The notes under the pieces are model-generated. The model saw only the letters and a list, made by a program, of their open reading frames with translations. It was not told the DNA's origin and made no database searches. Of a stretch of DNA of 64,000 nucleotides, positions 34,000 through 47,600 are shown in pieces. The stretch covers positions 150,164,001 to 150,228,000 of the forward strand of contig NC_082710.1 in NCBI RefSeq assembly GCF_030144855.1. Reading direction: 5' to 3'. The stretch's first letter is position 1; the number at the start of each line of letters is the position of its first letter. Both the position numbers and the translations under genes were made by a program. The DNA is from Hypanus sabinus. Lineage: Eukaryota.

Positions 34000-35028
34000 A
34001 TAGAAACACAAACACTGAAAACCTACAGCACAATACAGGCTCTTCATCCCACAAAGTTGTACTGAACATGTCCCTACCTTAGAAATTACTAGGCTTACCT
34101 ATAGCCCTCTATTTTATTAAGCTTCATGTACCTATCAAAATGTCTCTTAATAGGCCCTATTGTATCTGCCTCCACCAGTGTTGCTGGCAGCCCATTCCAC
34201 GCACTCACCACTGTCTGAGTAAAAAACGTACCCCTGACATTTCCTCTGTACCTACTCTGCAACACTATAAACCTGTGTCCTCTTGTGGCAACCCTTTCAG
34301 CCCTGGGAAAAAGCCTCTGACTATCCACATGATCAATGCCTCTCATCATCTTATACACCTCTATCAGGTCACCTCTCATCTTCCTTCGCTCCAAGGAGAA
34401 AAATCCGAGTTCACGCAACCTATTCTCATAAGGCATTCTCCCCAATCCAGGCACCATCCTTGTAAATCTCCTCTGCACCCTTTCTATGGCTTCCACATCC
34501 TTCCTGTTATCAGGCGATCAGAACTGAACACAGTACTCCAAGAGGGGTCTGACCAGGGTCCTATATAGCTGCAAAATTACCCCTCGACTCCTAAATTCAA
34601 TTCCACGATTAATGAAGCCCAATACACCATACGCCTTCTTAACCACAGAGTCAACCTGCGCAGCTGCTTTGAGCATCCTATGGACTCAGACCCCACGATC
34701 CTTCTGATCCTCCACACTGCCAAGAGTCTTACCATTAATACTATATTCTGCCATCATATTTGACCTACCAAAATGAACTATTTCACACTTTTCTGGGTTG
34801 AACTCCATCTGCCACTTCCCAGCCCAGTTTTGCATCCTATTAACGTCCCGCTGTAACCTCTGACAGCCCTCCACACTATCCACAACACCTCCAACCTTTG
34901 CGTCATCAGCAAATATCCCTTCCCTTCCTCATCCAGGTCATTTCTAAAAATTTCTAAAAAGAGTAAGGGTCCCAGAACAGATCCCTTAGGTCTACTGGTG
35001 ACCGACCTCCATGCAGAATATGACCCAA
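34000..35028 (-). mobile_element. CR1 LINE 3' fragment
   Basis: ORFs 34095-34496, 34686-34883, 34778-35035 with CR1 motifs ([25 protein letters not shown]). Confidence 0.9.
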
Positions 35029-35249
35029 TGGTCAATGGTCTCTTGTGATCTTCGGTGTTCCTGATTACTTCTGCATCTCAAATTCATGCCGGTAATAAAT
35101 CGGCTTCTATTATTCACCCCTGGTGTTAGGATTAAGGGCGTGCTTTACAAAAGGTGAAGAGGTTCCCAACCTGGGGTTCATGGACCCCTTGCTTAATGGT
35201 AAAGGTCCATGGCATAAGGAAGGGGCGGGGATCCCAGGTATGCACGGGA

Positions 35250-35640
35250 TGGATGGGACTCCTGGACTGCGGTGGTGGCTGAGCTGCCGGACGAAGCTGC
35301 AATTCCGCCACTCACCGGCTGGGGGAGCGGCGCGCGTGCGCAGTGGGTCTTGCCCCGGGACACAATTCAATGGCGGCGAGCAGCAAAGGGTTGGGGCTGG
35401 GTCTCCGCCTCTGCTCGCGGCTGGCGCTGGTGACAGGTGAGGGGCGTCGGTTTACGTGGACCGAGCCGCGGGAGAGGTCCGGGGGCAATGACACGAGGTA
35501 GGGGGACAGGGGACAAACCAGGAGCAAAGGGCTAGTGAGTGGGGGAGCGTCTCCCAATCACGGTGCGCGTTAGTGGAGGGCGGAGGGGACAGTTCCCGGG
35601 TCAGTGGGCGGGGCGTGAGGAAGAGGGGCGGGGTCTCTGA
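35250..35640 (+). promoter_or_regulatory. HSD17B8 CpG island with NRF1-like site (35331-35342), CCAAT and GC boxes
   Basis: The minus strand reads TGCGCACGCGCG, matching the NRF1 consensus. CCAAT near 35554 and several GGGCGG boxes. Confidence 0.6.
35370..35436 (+). CDS. HSD17B8: HSD17B8 exon 1
   Basis: ATG GCG GCG...RLALVTG|gtgagg, in a CpG island. Confidence 0.9.
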
Positions 35641-38600
35641 TGGCAGTGAGTGACACCTCAGATTATGGGACTATGAATACTGTATAGAGGATGAGGAGGG
35701 GTGGGGATTCTGGGTTAGACCCTGGACCTGTGTAGGATGCAAACCTGGGATGGGGTCTGTGGGGAAGGGAGGGTTGGGACCAGCTCATCGCCAAGGGAAT
35801 GAGGGATATTGGGTATGTCCAGGACCCAAAGGGAGTAGAGGACTGGGATAGGGAAACGGGATGGAACTGATAGGGGGGAGGTGCAGCCAGGATGCACAGG
35901 AAGAGGGATCGGTTAGTGGGGGTAAGTGGAGAGGAAGTGGGACTGTGAGTGGTCAGGACCGAGAGGGACAGGTGAGGAGATGTAACATCTCAGGCATGCC
36001 CCAGGACTCCTCCTTTCATACTCCCTTCGTCTGTCACTTCCTTGCCCATCCAACCCTTCACTATCCACCCATCCACCCCTCTGCTTGCTCATTCCAGTCT
36101 CCCCAACTCCCATCCCCATTAACATCACATGCTGCTTCTCACCCATCAAAGCTGCTGTGCTCCTGCCTCCTACCTGTATCATTCAGTTTGCCCTCCCTGA
36201 GTACAGTGCAAGTTTCCCCAGGCTGTATCCCCAGTATTCTGCTGCCTTGGATTTTCACTCAAGGTACACGAGCTGGTAGTCCCGCCTTGCCCTTGAGAAG
36301 GTGGTGGTGCACTGCCTTCTTGTATTGTCTCCTGTTATTTTGGTTGACACAATGCCCTTAACGCTGCCGTGTGATGTTGTGAAGGTGGTGGGAATGGAAT
36401 CGGCCGCGCTGTCTGCCAGCGGTTCGCTGATGAGGGAGCCTCGGTGGCAGTGGTGGACATTGATGAAAACTCGGCCAACGAAACTTTGAAGAGCCTGCGC
36501 TGCGATGAGCAGAAGCACTCGGTGTTCCTGACGGATGTGACCTCCCCTCAGAGTGTCCACAGTCTCGTGTCATCAATACAGGTATGACTGTGACTGGCTT
36601 CAGGAACTGAATGATCATTGATTGTCCTAATGTGCTGTACAATTAATGTAACTACAGGGAATAACAGGAACCTTCTGTCCTTTCTTCTGTACATGAGTGT
36701 AAAGGGGAACAAAATAATTGTTACTCTGGATCTGATGCAGCATAACAAAACACAATAAGGAAAAAAAACACGATAAATATAAAAACAAGGCTATAAAACA
36801 CCATGTGCAAGTAACTGATAAACACAAGAAAATCTGCAGATGCTGGAAATCTGGGCAACACACACAAAATGCTGGAGGAACTCTGCAGACCGGGCAGCAT
36901 CTATGGAGAAGAGTACAGTTGAAGTTTCAGGGTCGAGTCCTGCAGGTCGACTGTACTCTTCCCTAGACGCTGCCTGGCCAGCTGGGTTCCTCCAGCATTT
37001 TGTGTGTGTTTGCTTGGATTTCCAGCAGCTGCAGATTTTCTCTTGTTTGTGATTGGGGAACTCAGCAGGTCAGGCAGCATCCATGGAAATGAATAAACAG
37101 TCGATAATGTGGGCTGAGACTCTTCATCAAGACTGGAAAGGAAGAGGGAAAATGCCAGAATAAGATGATGGGGGGAGGGGAAGGCGTACAAGCTAGTAGC
37201 CGGGTGGGTGGGGAGAGGGGGGATGAAGTAAGAAGCTCGGAGGTGATAGGTAGTAAAGGTAAAGGTCTGAAGAAGAAGGAATCTGATAGGAGACGTGAGT
37301 GGACCATGGGAGAAAGGGAAGGAAGAGGGGCACGAGGGGTAGCTGATAGGCAGGTGAGGAGAAGATGTAAGAGGCCAGAGTGGGGAATTGAAGTGGAGGG
37401 GGAGAAATTACCAGAAGTTGGAGAAACTGATGCTCATGCCATGTGATTGGAGGCTAATGTACAAATAACTGTTTGAGTATGGCTGTACACACAACTGATC
37501 AGAGTATTAGTTTGACTGGTTGTACGTACACAAAGTGGTGCCTGGTGCAGGAGTATCTGTACATAAGGTGACTCTGACAGGAAATGTCAATGTACACCAT
37601 CTTGTAATGACCCAGTGCTCATCACTCATTCGTTGTTAGTGAGTGACAGATCTCTCTCATCTTCCGGGACTGCACTGATTGATGCATATTGGGGCAAAAT
37701 AAGAGCCTCCTGTTGTTCCAATGCCAAACATCAGATGATCGGTGTTGGGCCTAGAGCTGCTTCTCTGTCAGGAATAGTGGAGACCATATTCCATGAGATT
37801 TTACTGCCTGCAGCTCTGTGGTGGCACTGGATGATATTCAGTGGCTGTTGCTATGCTGTGTGCTGGGCATTTGGCTGTCATGTGGGCTCAGCCATTGGTT
37901 GCAGAGATAGTGCAAGGTGAGCTCCAGCAGGCAGGTCAGCAGAGGAACGGAGTGTGTGGGAAAGGGTGGGACAGATAGAGTAGTGGAGACACGGCAAGGA
38001 AGAGAGGGGAAAGGAGACAGAAGCTGATTGTGAGAGTGTACACATAGTGCTCATTGAGGTCCTCTGAAACAATGAAGGATTTATTTCCAAGTGAATTGGT
38101 GTGTAACAGGGAGAGATACCTGCAGATGGTGTACCCTTGGGCCTGCTACCCTTGTCCTTTCTGGTGCTAGAGCTTGTGAGTTTGGGAGTATGCAAACGCA
38201 GATACTCCCAGGTTATGACAGAGTTCTGTTCCTCTTTGTAACCAAACAGTGCCCAAGTGCGTAATGAGGCTGCCTGGCAAGATATTTAATTAGAAACATC
38301 AGCCAGCCAATGGTGATGGGCTGTTAATAGAACAGAACTTTATTGTCATTGCTCAAGGCAGTGAGTTTGCTGTGCTACTCCAGTCCGTGTGAAACAGATA
38401 TTTACAATGCAGGTAGTATGGTTTAGTTAAAGTAAATAAATAATCCCATATTTACATGCAACAAGTGACTTTGATAGTCCCTAACACTCAAAGGCCATCG
38501 GCAAGCCGGGGTGCACTACAACCCTCGGGAAGAAGCTGTTTCTCAGTGTGACTGTCTTGTCTAAGATATTTCTGTCTCTCCTATGAGCTAGCAGGAGATT

Positions 38601-41600
38601 GAACAGTTTCCAGTAAGTATCAGTATGTTTAACTTAACCAGTCAAATAATGCCATGATTGTGTTCTCACATGGCAGAAAATATCTGCAGTCTTGCTGCAG
38701 CTGACAAGTTCTCCCTGCTGCTCTTCCAAATAGTCAATCATATGTATGGGCTGGACGCAAGTTGGGCATACGTAGCCTGGGAAGATCAGTGTCTGCATTT
38801 GAACTCTGCGCTATGCAGCCACGGGGTGGGACTGAATGTTTAGTGTGGTTGATGGGCTTCCTATCAAGTGGGCTGCTCTGTCATTGATGGCATTCAGCTT
38901 CCTGAATGTTAGAGCCAGGCAAATGGAGAGTGAGAGTGGATGATGGAAAGGCATTGTGGTGTCAGAAGGCGAGTCAGTCATCACTGAATAACCCGTCTGT
39001 AACCCGTTCTTGTAGTCCTAGTTCTATTGCACTTGCCCAGTGGTGTTTCTTCTCAGTGGGAATAACTCCAGGATGTTGACATCATTTCCAGTCCTCTAGT
39101 AACTAATCTCTAGTAATCTGCGCACTAGATCTTTGGAATAATTTCTAGGTATAGGAGCCTTAGGTCCCACAACACCCAGTTCAAGTCACCCTCCAACCAT
39201 CAGGCTCCTAATCCACTGTGGATAACTTCGCTCACCTCAACACTGAACTGATTCCATAACCTATGGACTTGCGTCAAGGACTCTACAACTCATGTTTCTT
39301 TTGTCATTGTCTGTGGTTCTCATTGGTTCTATTGTATTTCTTTGTTCTACTGTGAATGCCTGCAAGAAAATGAATCTCAGGATAGTATATTGTGACGTAT
39401 AGGTACTTTAATAATGAATTAACTGAGAGTGCTGAATTTACTTTTGGGCACCACGGTAGCATAGAAGTTAGCACAATGCTATTCCAGATTGCTGCTTCAG
39501 AGTTCAGAGTTCAATTCTGAAGCTGTCTGTAAGGATTCTGTATGTCCTCCCTGTGGAATGCATGGGAACTTGAAGTCTACCTTCTCTGCTTCTATTTCCA
39601 GTTGACCACAGTCTTTAATGGTGTGGTCAATTACCTTCCAATCGTGAAGCTGCCAGTTAGAATATCTGAACAACTTTTTTCTCTAAACTGAAAGGCAAAC
39701 CTCATAGTGGGATCGACCTGTAGCCTGGGGTCACTGCTTTAGCCTCTCTTGCCCTTTGCCTTTCAGGAGCAGTTCTCCCGACCTCCCTGCATAGCTGTGA
39801 ACTGCGCCGGAATCACCATGGACGCTCTGCTGCTGAAGATGGAGCCTGAAGCTTTTGATCGCGTGTTGAAGGTTAACGTGATGGTGCGTGGCATTAGTTA
39901 ATAAGGGGGTGGAAACAGAATGCTGGTGGGGGAGTTGGAAAGGAGTTTAGCACAGATTCCGCTCTTGGGTGCAAAGTGAGTGCTGCTGCACTGTTGACTA
40001 AATAGCCCAACTTAGCTTAGTAGAGGGGTTAGGAAGTAGGGAGGGCAACAACTTTGTTAGCTGGAAGATTAGACAAAGGGGAGGAAACAAAGACTCCGAG
40101 GACACTCTGTGTTGTGCTGTGTGACACGGTAGTTGTCAGAATTAGCTTTATTATCACTGACCCTGTTTATTGGGCTTATTTCACTGTTGTGAAATGTGCA
40201 GCAGTACAGGGCAGTACATAAAATATATTATAAATTACAATAAAAATACATAAATTAAATAAGCAGTGCAAAAAGTAGTGAGGTAGTGTTCATGCGTTAC
40301 AGAAATCTGATGGTGGACGCGAAGAAGCTGTTCCTAAGACATTGAGTATGTGTCTTCAGGCTCCTGTACCTCCTCCCTGATGAAACAAAGTTGTGATAAA
40401 GGGATAGACTCGGTAGATTGGGTAGCCCGAAGTGGGCACCAGTAGTAGCAGCAGCAGAGGTGTACACCAGCACGATGTGTAACCTCGTGGCCTGGCATGT
40501 CCCTCGCTGCCCTGGCTCAGTGAGGTTATGGAAGAGTGTGCTGAGGTTTGGAAACCTGGTAACACGGCAGTGATGGTTGAGTCCAGCATAGGAGCAGCTG
40601 AAGCTGATGTTTTCGAGGTGTGTTAAAGCTTCTTTTTGCAGAGGGTGATGAAGGTGGAGTTCTCTACCCCAGATGGTTGTAGGGGCTGAACCTGTAGAAG
40701 TGTTGAAGATGGAGGAAGATCATCTTTTTTAAATGGTTGGGGAATTGGGTGTGACGGATCCTACCACAGAAGAGGGGTTGAGACCAGCACAGAGCACGAT
40801 TATGAGGAGTATTGACAGGGTGAATGCAAGCTGGCTTCTTCCCCTTAGGTTGATTAAGACTCAGAGGACATGGGTTTCGGGTGAAAGGCAAAATATTGAA
40901 GGGAATCTGAGGGGGAGTTTCTTCACTCAGAGTACAGTATGGACGTGGAATGAGCTGCCAGTGGAAGTGGTGGATGGCAGATTCAGTTGTAACATTTAAA
41001 GAGAAGTTTGGATAGGGATGTGGATGAGAGAGGTATGGAGGGATATGGTCTTGGTCCAGGTAAAGGGGACTAGGCCAGTGTGGACGACATAGGCCACAGT
41101 GCTTGTTTCTATCTGTAGTATTGTATGATTCTGTTGATCTTGATTGTATTGAATGGAGGGGCCGAGTGGCCTACTCCCGCTGCTGTGTTCCTGTATCTGT
41201 GGTCAGCCAAAGCGCTGAGTGGAGGACCCATCTCAGCTTGTTCTTCAGGTCCCCACCAGTGTAGAAGCCAATTCAAGTCAACAGCACGTGGTCTCAGAAA
41301 ATGGCTGAGAGCACCATGTATAGCAGAGGCAATGGTCCAGACAGTCTGACTGCAGTACTGAAGGTCTGTGCTCCAGAGCCGGCTGCACCTCCAGCCAGTT
41401 CACTTCAGTTCCATGACTGTGCCAGCACTGCCATCTACCTGACAATGTACAGAATGACCTGGATTTGTCATCCACAAAAAAGCAACGCCGGCCGGGGTTG
41501 AGGTTATTGTCATGTGCACAGTTGCAATGAAAAATTTACTTGTGGCACCACTAGCATCATATCAGCAGTATTCATCAGGAAAACTAAATAATACACAATT

Positions 41601-44600
41601 ATTGTAAGAAAACAATTAGAACAAAAAAAAAGTTCATTTTAGTGCAGGATTTTCAAAGTGGTCATAGTGTTGCTAAACTGTAATGAATGTCATTTTACAA
41701 GTTTGTTCAAGAACCAAATAGTTGAAGGGAAGTAGCTGTTCTTGAACCTAATGGTGTGCGACTTCATGTCTCTGTACCCCTGCCCAATGATGGGACAAAT
41801 CAATCCAGATATTTTACTGCGCAATCAGACTACCCTTAATAATCAGTGGAATGGTAGAAGGTGTCATTGACATTGTGGTCAAGTGGCACTTACTCAACAA
41901 TAATCTGTCTGTTCAGTGACCCCCTGTTTGGGTTTTCACTTAGCTCTGCTGCTACAAGTACGGTTTTTAGTTTAGCTGTGCGTATGTGAATTTGCACATA
42001 TGAAAATAAACTCGACTTTGACCTTGACTGATATTTAACTTTATTCTTTTGGCTCCTGAGCGCATTGCAGCCTAGGCTCAGACATTGAGCCACTGAGGTG
42101 AGATCAGAGGGGCTGCCTTTGACAACAGGACAGTGTTTGCTGGAAAGTGGTAGCAAATAATGTTGATGGGCATCCCTCCAATGGCTGACATTATACCCTG
42201 TACAAAATGAAGATGGTTGTGTTTATTGGAGGTCAATCATCCCTTTCCCTGAACAACGCCATATTTCCTCAGTGCAGTGTCCTGGGTCCAAATTGGCTGA
42301 GTCAATGTATCTAATACAGACTGCATAAACTAATTCTATTGCCACTTTTTACAGTAAAATTGTGTAGTAATTTTTTCTAAAGCACTTTATGTATTTCATG
42401 GTGTTTGAATCACATGGTGACATCTGTTTGATTGTAAAATTTGACCCGGAGGGCTACAGCCGATAGTTTCACAACCAACTTCACTGGCTTCTTGGTGACT
42501 TTCCATCCGTCATTAGGTTAGTATGGAGATGTTTGCTGATGATGGCCCAATCACTGCTTCCATTTGCGTGGGTGGGAAGATGGAGCAGACCTGTTTTGCT
42601 ACTTGCTGTGTTCTGCCAAGCACTGTGGACATGCTATGTTGCTGTTGGAATGTGTGACAACACTTGTGGGCTGCACCCTGCATACCCTCATGTGTGTTGG
42701 TCATTAACACCAACAACCTGAAACAGTAACTGTTTTTCCTTCTCTACATATGCTGCCTGATCTAGAAAGTATTTCCTGCGGTTTCTGTTTTTGTTAGGTC
42801 GGGAGTGCAATGGAATAGTCTCTACTTGCCCGAATGAACACAGATCCAGAATAACTTGTGAGGTTTGATAACACTTATTCTTATTTCATCTTAGTCTTGT
42901 AATCAAGTCTGTACTTCTTCCTTATTACTTGCTGTACCTTCCTGTTTTCCTTCAATGAATTCTGTACAACTCCAGATTCTCTGAACACTTGTAGCTACTC
43001 TTGTACTTCTTCTGCATGTGGTCATCTCATAACTCAACATTATATTCCACCCGCTGTAGCCTCATCTGTTCAGTTAGCCCAACCTTAACTTCCTCGTGTC
43101 ACCTCACAACCCATACAGCTACCCAGCTTTGTATCTTCAACATAGTTTGATATGTTCCAGTTGTTGCCCTCACTTACATAAATAATAATCAACTGGGTCC
43201 CCAGCACCAGTCCCTGTAGCAGTCCACAAGTCACAGCCTCCTTGCCTATAAAAGAACCACCTATTCCTACTTTTTTCTGCTTATGAACTAATTGTCAGTG
43301 CATACCATCTCATATCCTCATCCTTGTATGCTCTAACTTTGTTTAATAAATTTTTGTCTGACACCTTACAAAAGGCCGGAAAGTCCATTGACTAGTCTCT
43401 CAGTTACAATTTCAAACAGATTTCTCTTTCATAAGTTGGTGCTGACTCTGTCAATCTCAGGTGGTGATAAAATAGAGCCAAGCATTTTCCCTACTGTTGA
43501 TGTCAGATTAACTGGTCTGTACACATCCCCACCCACCCAGATTTTACTCATTTTAAGTGGTGGGGTTACAGTCTGTTCTGTAGGAATGATCCTAGAATCC
43601 ATGAAATTGTGAAAAATGATAGCCTTCACTATCTCCATCATCAACCATTGAAGATCTTGGTGTGCAAATCATCATGTACTGGAAATTATTAATTTCTCCA
43701 ATACATTTAATGAAACCTAATTATATTCTGCTCCTCATTTACTCTTGATTGTTGTTTTATACCATATTTCGAAGGTTTGTGCTTTAGGCTAAAACCATTT
43801 CTTTAATTTTTAGTCATCTCTAGATTTCTCAAAGACAGACAGACAGACATACTTTATTGATCCCGAGGGAAATTGGCACAGTCGCACTAACCAAGAATAG
43901 TGTAGAAATATAGTAATGTAAAACCATAAATAATTAAATAATAATAAGTAAATGATGCCAATTGGAAATAAGTCCAGGAGCAGCCTATTGGCTCAGAGTG
44001 TCTAACACTGTGAGGGAGGAGTTGTAAAGTTTGATGGTCACAGGCAGGAATGACTTCCTATGACGCTCAGTGTTACATCTCAGTGGAATGAGTCTCTGGC
44101 TGAATGTACTCCTGTGCCTAACCAGTGGATTATGGAGTAATTATGGAGTGGATGGGAGAGATTGTCCAAGATGGCGTGCAACTTGGACAGCGTCCTCTTT
44201 TCAGACACCACCGTCAGAGAGTCCAGTTCCACCCCCACAACATCACTGGTCTTACGAATGAGTTTGTTGATCCTGTTGGTGTCTGCTACCCTCAGCCTGC
44301 TGCCCCAGTACACAACAGCAAACATGATAACACTGGCCACCACAGACTCGTAGAACATCCTCAGCATCGTCCGGCAGATGTTAAAGGACCTCAGTCTCCT
44401 CAGGACGTAGAGACGGCTCTGTCCCTTCTTGTAGACAGCCTGTGTTCTTTGACCAGTCCAGTTTATTGTCCATTCGTATCCCCAGGTATTTGTAATCCTC
44501 CACCATGTCCACACTGACCCCTTGGATGGAAACAGGGGTCACCAGTGCCTTAGCCCTCCTCAGGTCCACCACCAGCTCCTTAGTCTTTTTCACATTAAGT

Positions 44601-47600
44601 TGCAGATGATTCTGCTTACACCATGTGACAAAGTTTCCCACCGTAGCCCTGTACTCAGCCTCATCTCCCTTGTTGATGCAATATAGTTTCTCCTGTCCTG
44701 TCTGCTAAAGATAGCAAATTATCTTTTCCAAATCTTTTCAATTTCACCTTTCTTAAGAGTAACAGCATGTTTACATTTCAAAGTGGATAACTCGTTTTCA
44801 CTTACCAATGTTTTCCCCCACTGAATACAGAGATGTTCCCATTTTACAAGCTCCCTTCTCTTCCGTCACTGTTAGAAGCCTTTTCCTGTGCTCTACTAAC
44901 TTCTTCTTAGCCACAGCTGGACTATTTTTTATTAAGCTTTGCGCTTTGGAGCTTCAGAGCCTCGTCCAGTTTAGGTCCAGTGAGTAGAGCAAGTGCTTGC
45001 AGCTCCTGTGACCCAGGTTCATTCATCATCTTTGTTGCTGTCTGTGTGGAATTTCCAGGTTTTCCCTGCGAGTGAGTGTTTCTTCTGGGCGCTGTGATTT
45101 TCTTCCACATCCCAAAGTTGTGCTGGCTGGAGGGTTAATTAGCTGCTGTAATATGCCCCTTGTATGTGGGTAAATAGTAGAATCTGGGGAGAGTTGATGG
45201 GGATGGTGGAGGCGGGAGAATGTATGACGGATTACGAATAGGATTAGTGTAAAAATGGGTGGTTGATGTCAGTACACCTTTGGTGGGCTGAAGGGCTTGT
45301 TTTCGTGCTATGTCTCTCTATGGATCTCCCCAATTCTCATTGACCCCTGCTATATTCTACCCATCACCTGTGCAATTTACCGTGGCCAGTAAGCCCACAC
45401 CTGCACGTCTTTGGGATATGGGAGGAAACCCAAATACCTGAAAGAAAAGTATGGGGTCACAAGGAGAATGTACAGATGCGGCATCTGAGGTTGAGATTGA
45501 ACCTGGGTTTTGGTGCTGTGAGACGGGGGTCTTGCCAAGCTGCCCTAAACTGAAAGCTCGGTATCACTGCAATATTGATTACTTATCAGACTTGATGAGC
45601 TGCAGATTATTCCTGTTTCTGTTTATTTTTATTCAAGAATTACAGCACGGTGAAACCCCCTTCCAGCCCGTGCCCCCCAAATATACTCATGTGCTGAATT
45701 GACCCACAAACCTGTACAGCTCTGGACTGTGGGAGGAAACTGGAGGAAACCCACGCAGTCACAGAGAGAACACATAACTCCTTACAGACAGCGGTGAAAA
45801 TCAAACCTGGGTTGTTTTAACTGCCAGCTACTTGTTATATTTGAATGTCATACAGTCATATACCATGAAATCAGGCCCTTCGGCCCATCCTCTCTCTCCA
45901 TGTTGATCTTCAAGTACCCATCTACATCAATCCCATTTACCAGAGTTTGGTCTGTAGTCGACCATGCCTATCAAATTCAAGTGCCTATCTAGAATAATTC
46001 ATAGAGTTCATGCAAGAGTTCCTGCCTCCACCACCCCCTCAGGCAGTCCATTTCAAATCACAACCATTCTCTGGGTTGAAAAATATTCTTAACTAATGAT
46101 CACTAAAATCCTGGGTTCTAAGCCAGCAAGCTTTAGATCTAATAAAATCCTCATGAACTTCCCAGTGCTTTTTAGAAAATCTTACACCATTCCCATCTCC
46201 TTATCAACATTCAAATCACTGAAGGAAAATTCACTCTGACTTACTATTGAAATCTCTCAAACTTAGGGCTGTTCTGCAAAACTGGGCTGAGAAGATGGAA
46301 TTCAATCCAGAAAAGTGTGAGGTGGTTCATTTTGGTAAATCAAATATGATGGCAGAATATATTATTAATGGTAAGACTCTTGACAGTGTGGAGGATCAGA
46401 GGGATTGTGTCCGTAGGACACTCAAAGTTGCTGTGCAGGTTGACTCTGTGGTTAAGAAGGAATACGGTGCATTGGCCTTCATTGACTGTGGGATTAAGTT
46501 TAAGAGCTGAGAGGTAATGTTACACCTGTATAGGACCTCTGGTCAGACTCCACTTGGAGTACTGTGTTCAGTTCTGGTCACCTCACTACAGGAAGGATGT
46601 GGAAACCATAAAAAGGGTGCAGAGCAGATTTACAAGGATGTTGCCAGGATTGGGGAGTTTGCTTTATGAGAATAGGTTGAGTGAACTCGGCCTTTTCTCC
46701 TTGGAGCAACAGAGGATGAGAAGTGACCTGATAGAGCTGTATAAGATGATGAGAGGCATTGATCATGTGAATAGTCAGAGGCTTTTTCCCAGGGCTGCAA
46801 TGGCTAACATGAGAGGGCACAGTTTTAAGGTGCTTGGAAGTAGGTACAAAGGAGATGTCAGGGGAAGTTTTTTACGCAGAGAGTGGTGAGTGCATGGAAC
46901 GGGCTGCCGGCAACAGTGGTGGATACAATAGGGTACAATAGGGATACAATAGGGATACAATAGGGATACAATAGGGATACAACAGTGGATACAATAGGGT
47001 CTTTTAGGAGACTCCTGGATACATGGAGCTTAGAAAAATAGAGGGCTATGGGTATCCCTCGGTAATTTCTAAAGTACGTACATGTTCGGTACAGCATTGT
47101 GGGCCGAAGGGCCTATATTGTGCTGTAGGTTTTCTATGTTTCTATGTTCTACTAGGACATATAAAATCACTCCACTACATACAGGAATAATGGGAAATGT
47201 AGAGTTATGCTTTTTAGTACAAAAAATAATAGTGTGAACTGTTTACTAAATGGAGCGAGAATTCAGAAATTGGAAATTTAAGAGAGACTTGGGACTCCCT
47301 TCAGGACTCTCCTAGGGTTAACTTGCAGGTGAAGTTGGCAGAAAGAAGGCAAATGCAATGGTCGCATTTATTTTGAGAGGACTAGAGTATAAAAACAAGG
47401 ATGCACTGCTGTGGATTTACGAAGCATTGGGCAAATCACATTTGGAATATTGTGAGCAGTTTTGGACCTCATACCTAAAGAAGGATGTGCTGGCCCTGGA
47501 GAGGGTCTGGAGGAGGTCACAAAGGATTGAAAGGCTTAACCTATGAGAAGAATTTGGTATGTCTGGGCTTGTATGTGATGCAACTCAGAAGGAAGAGTGG

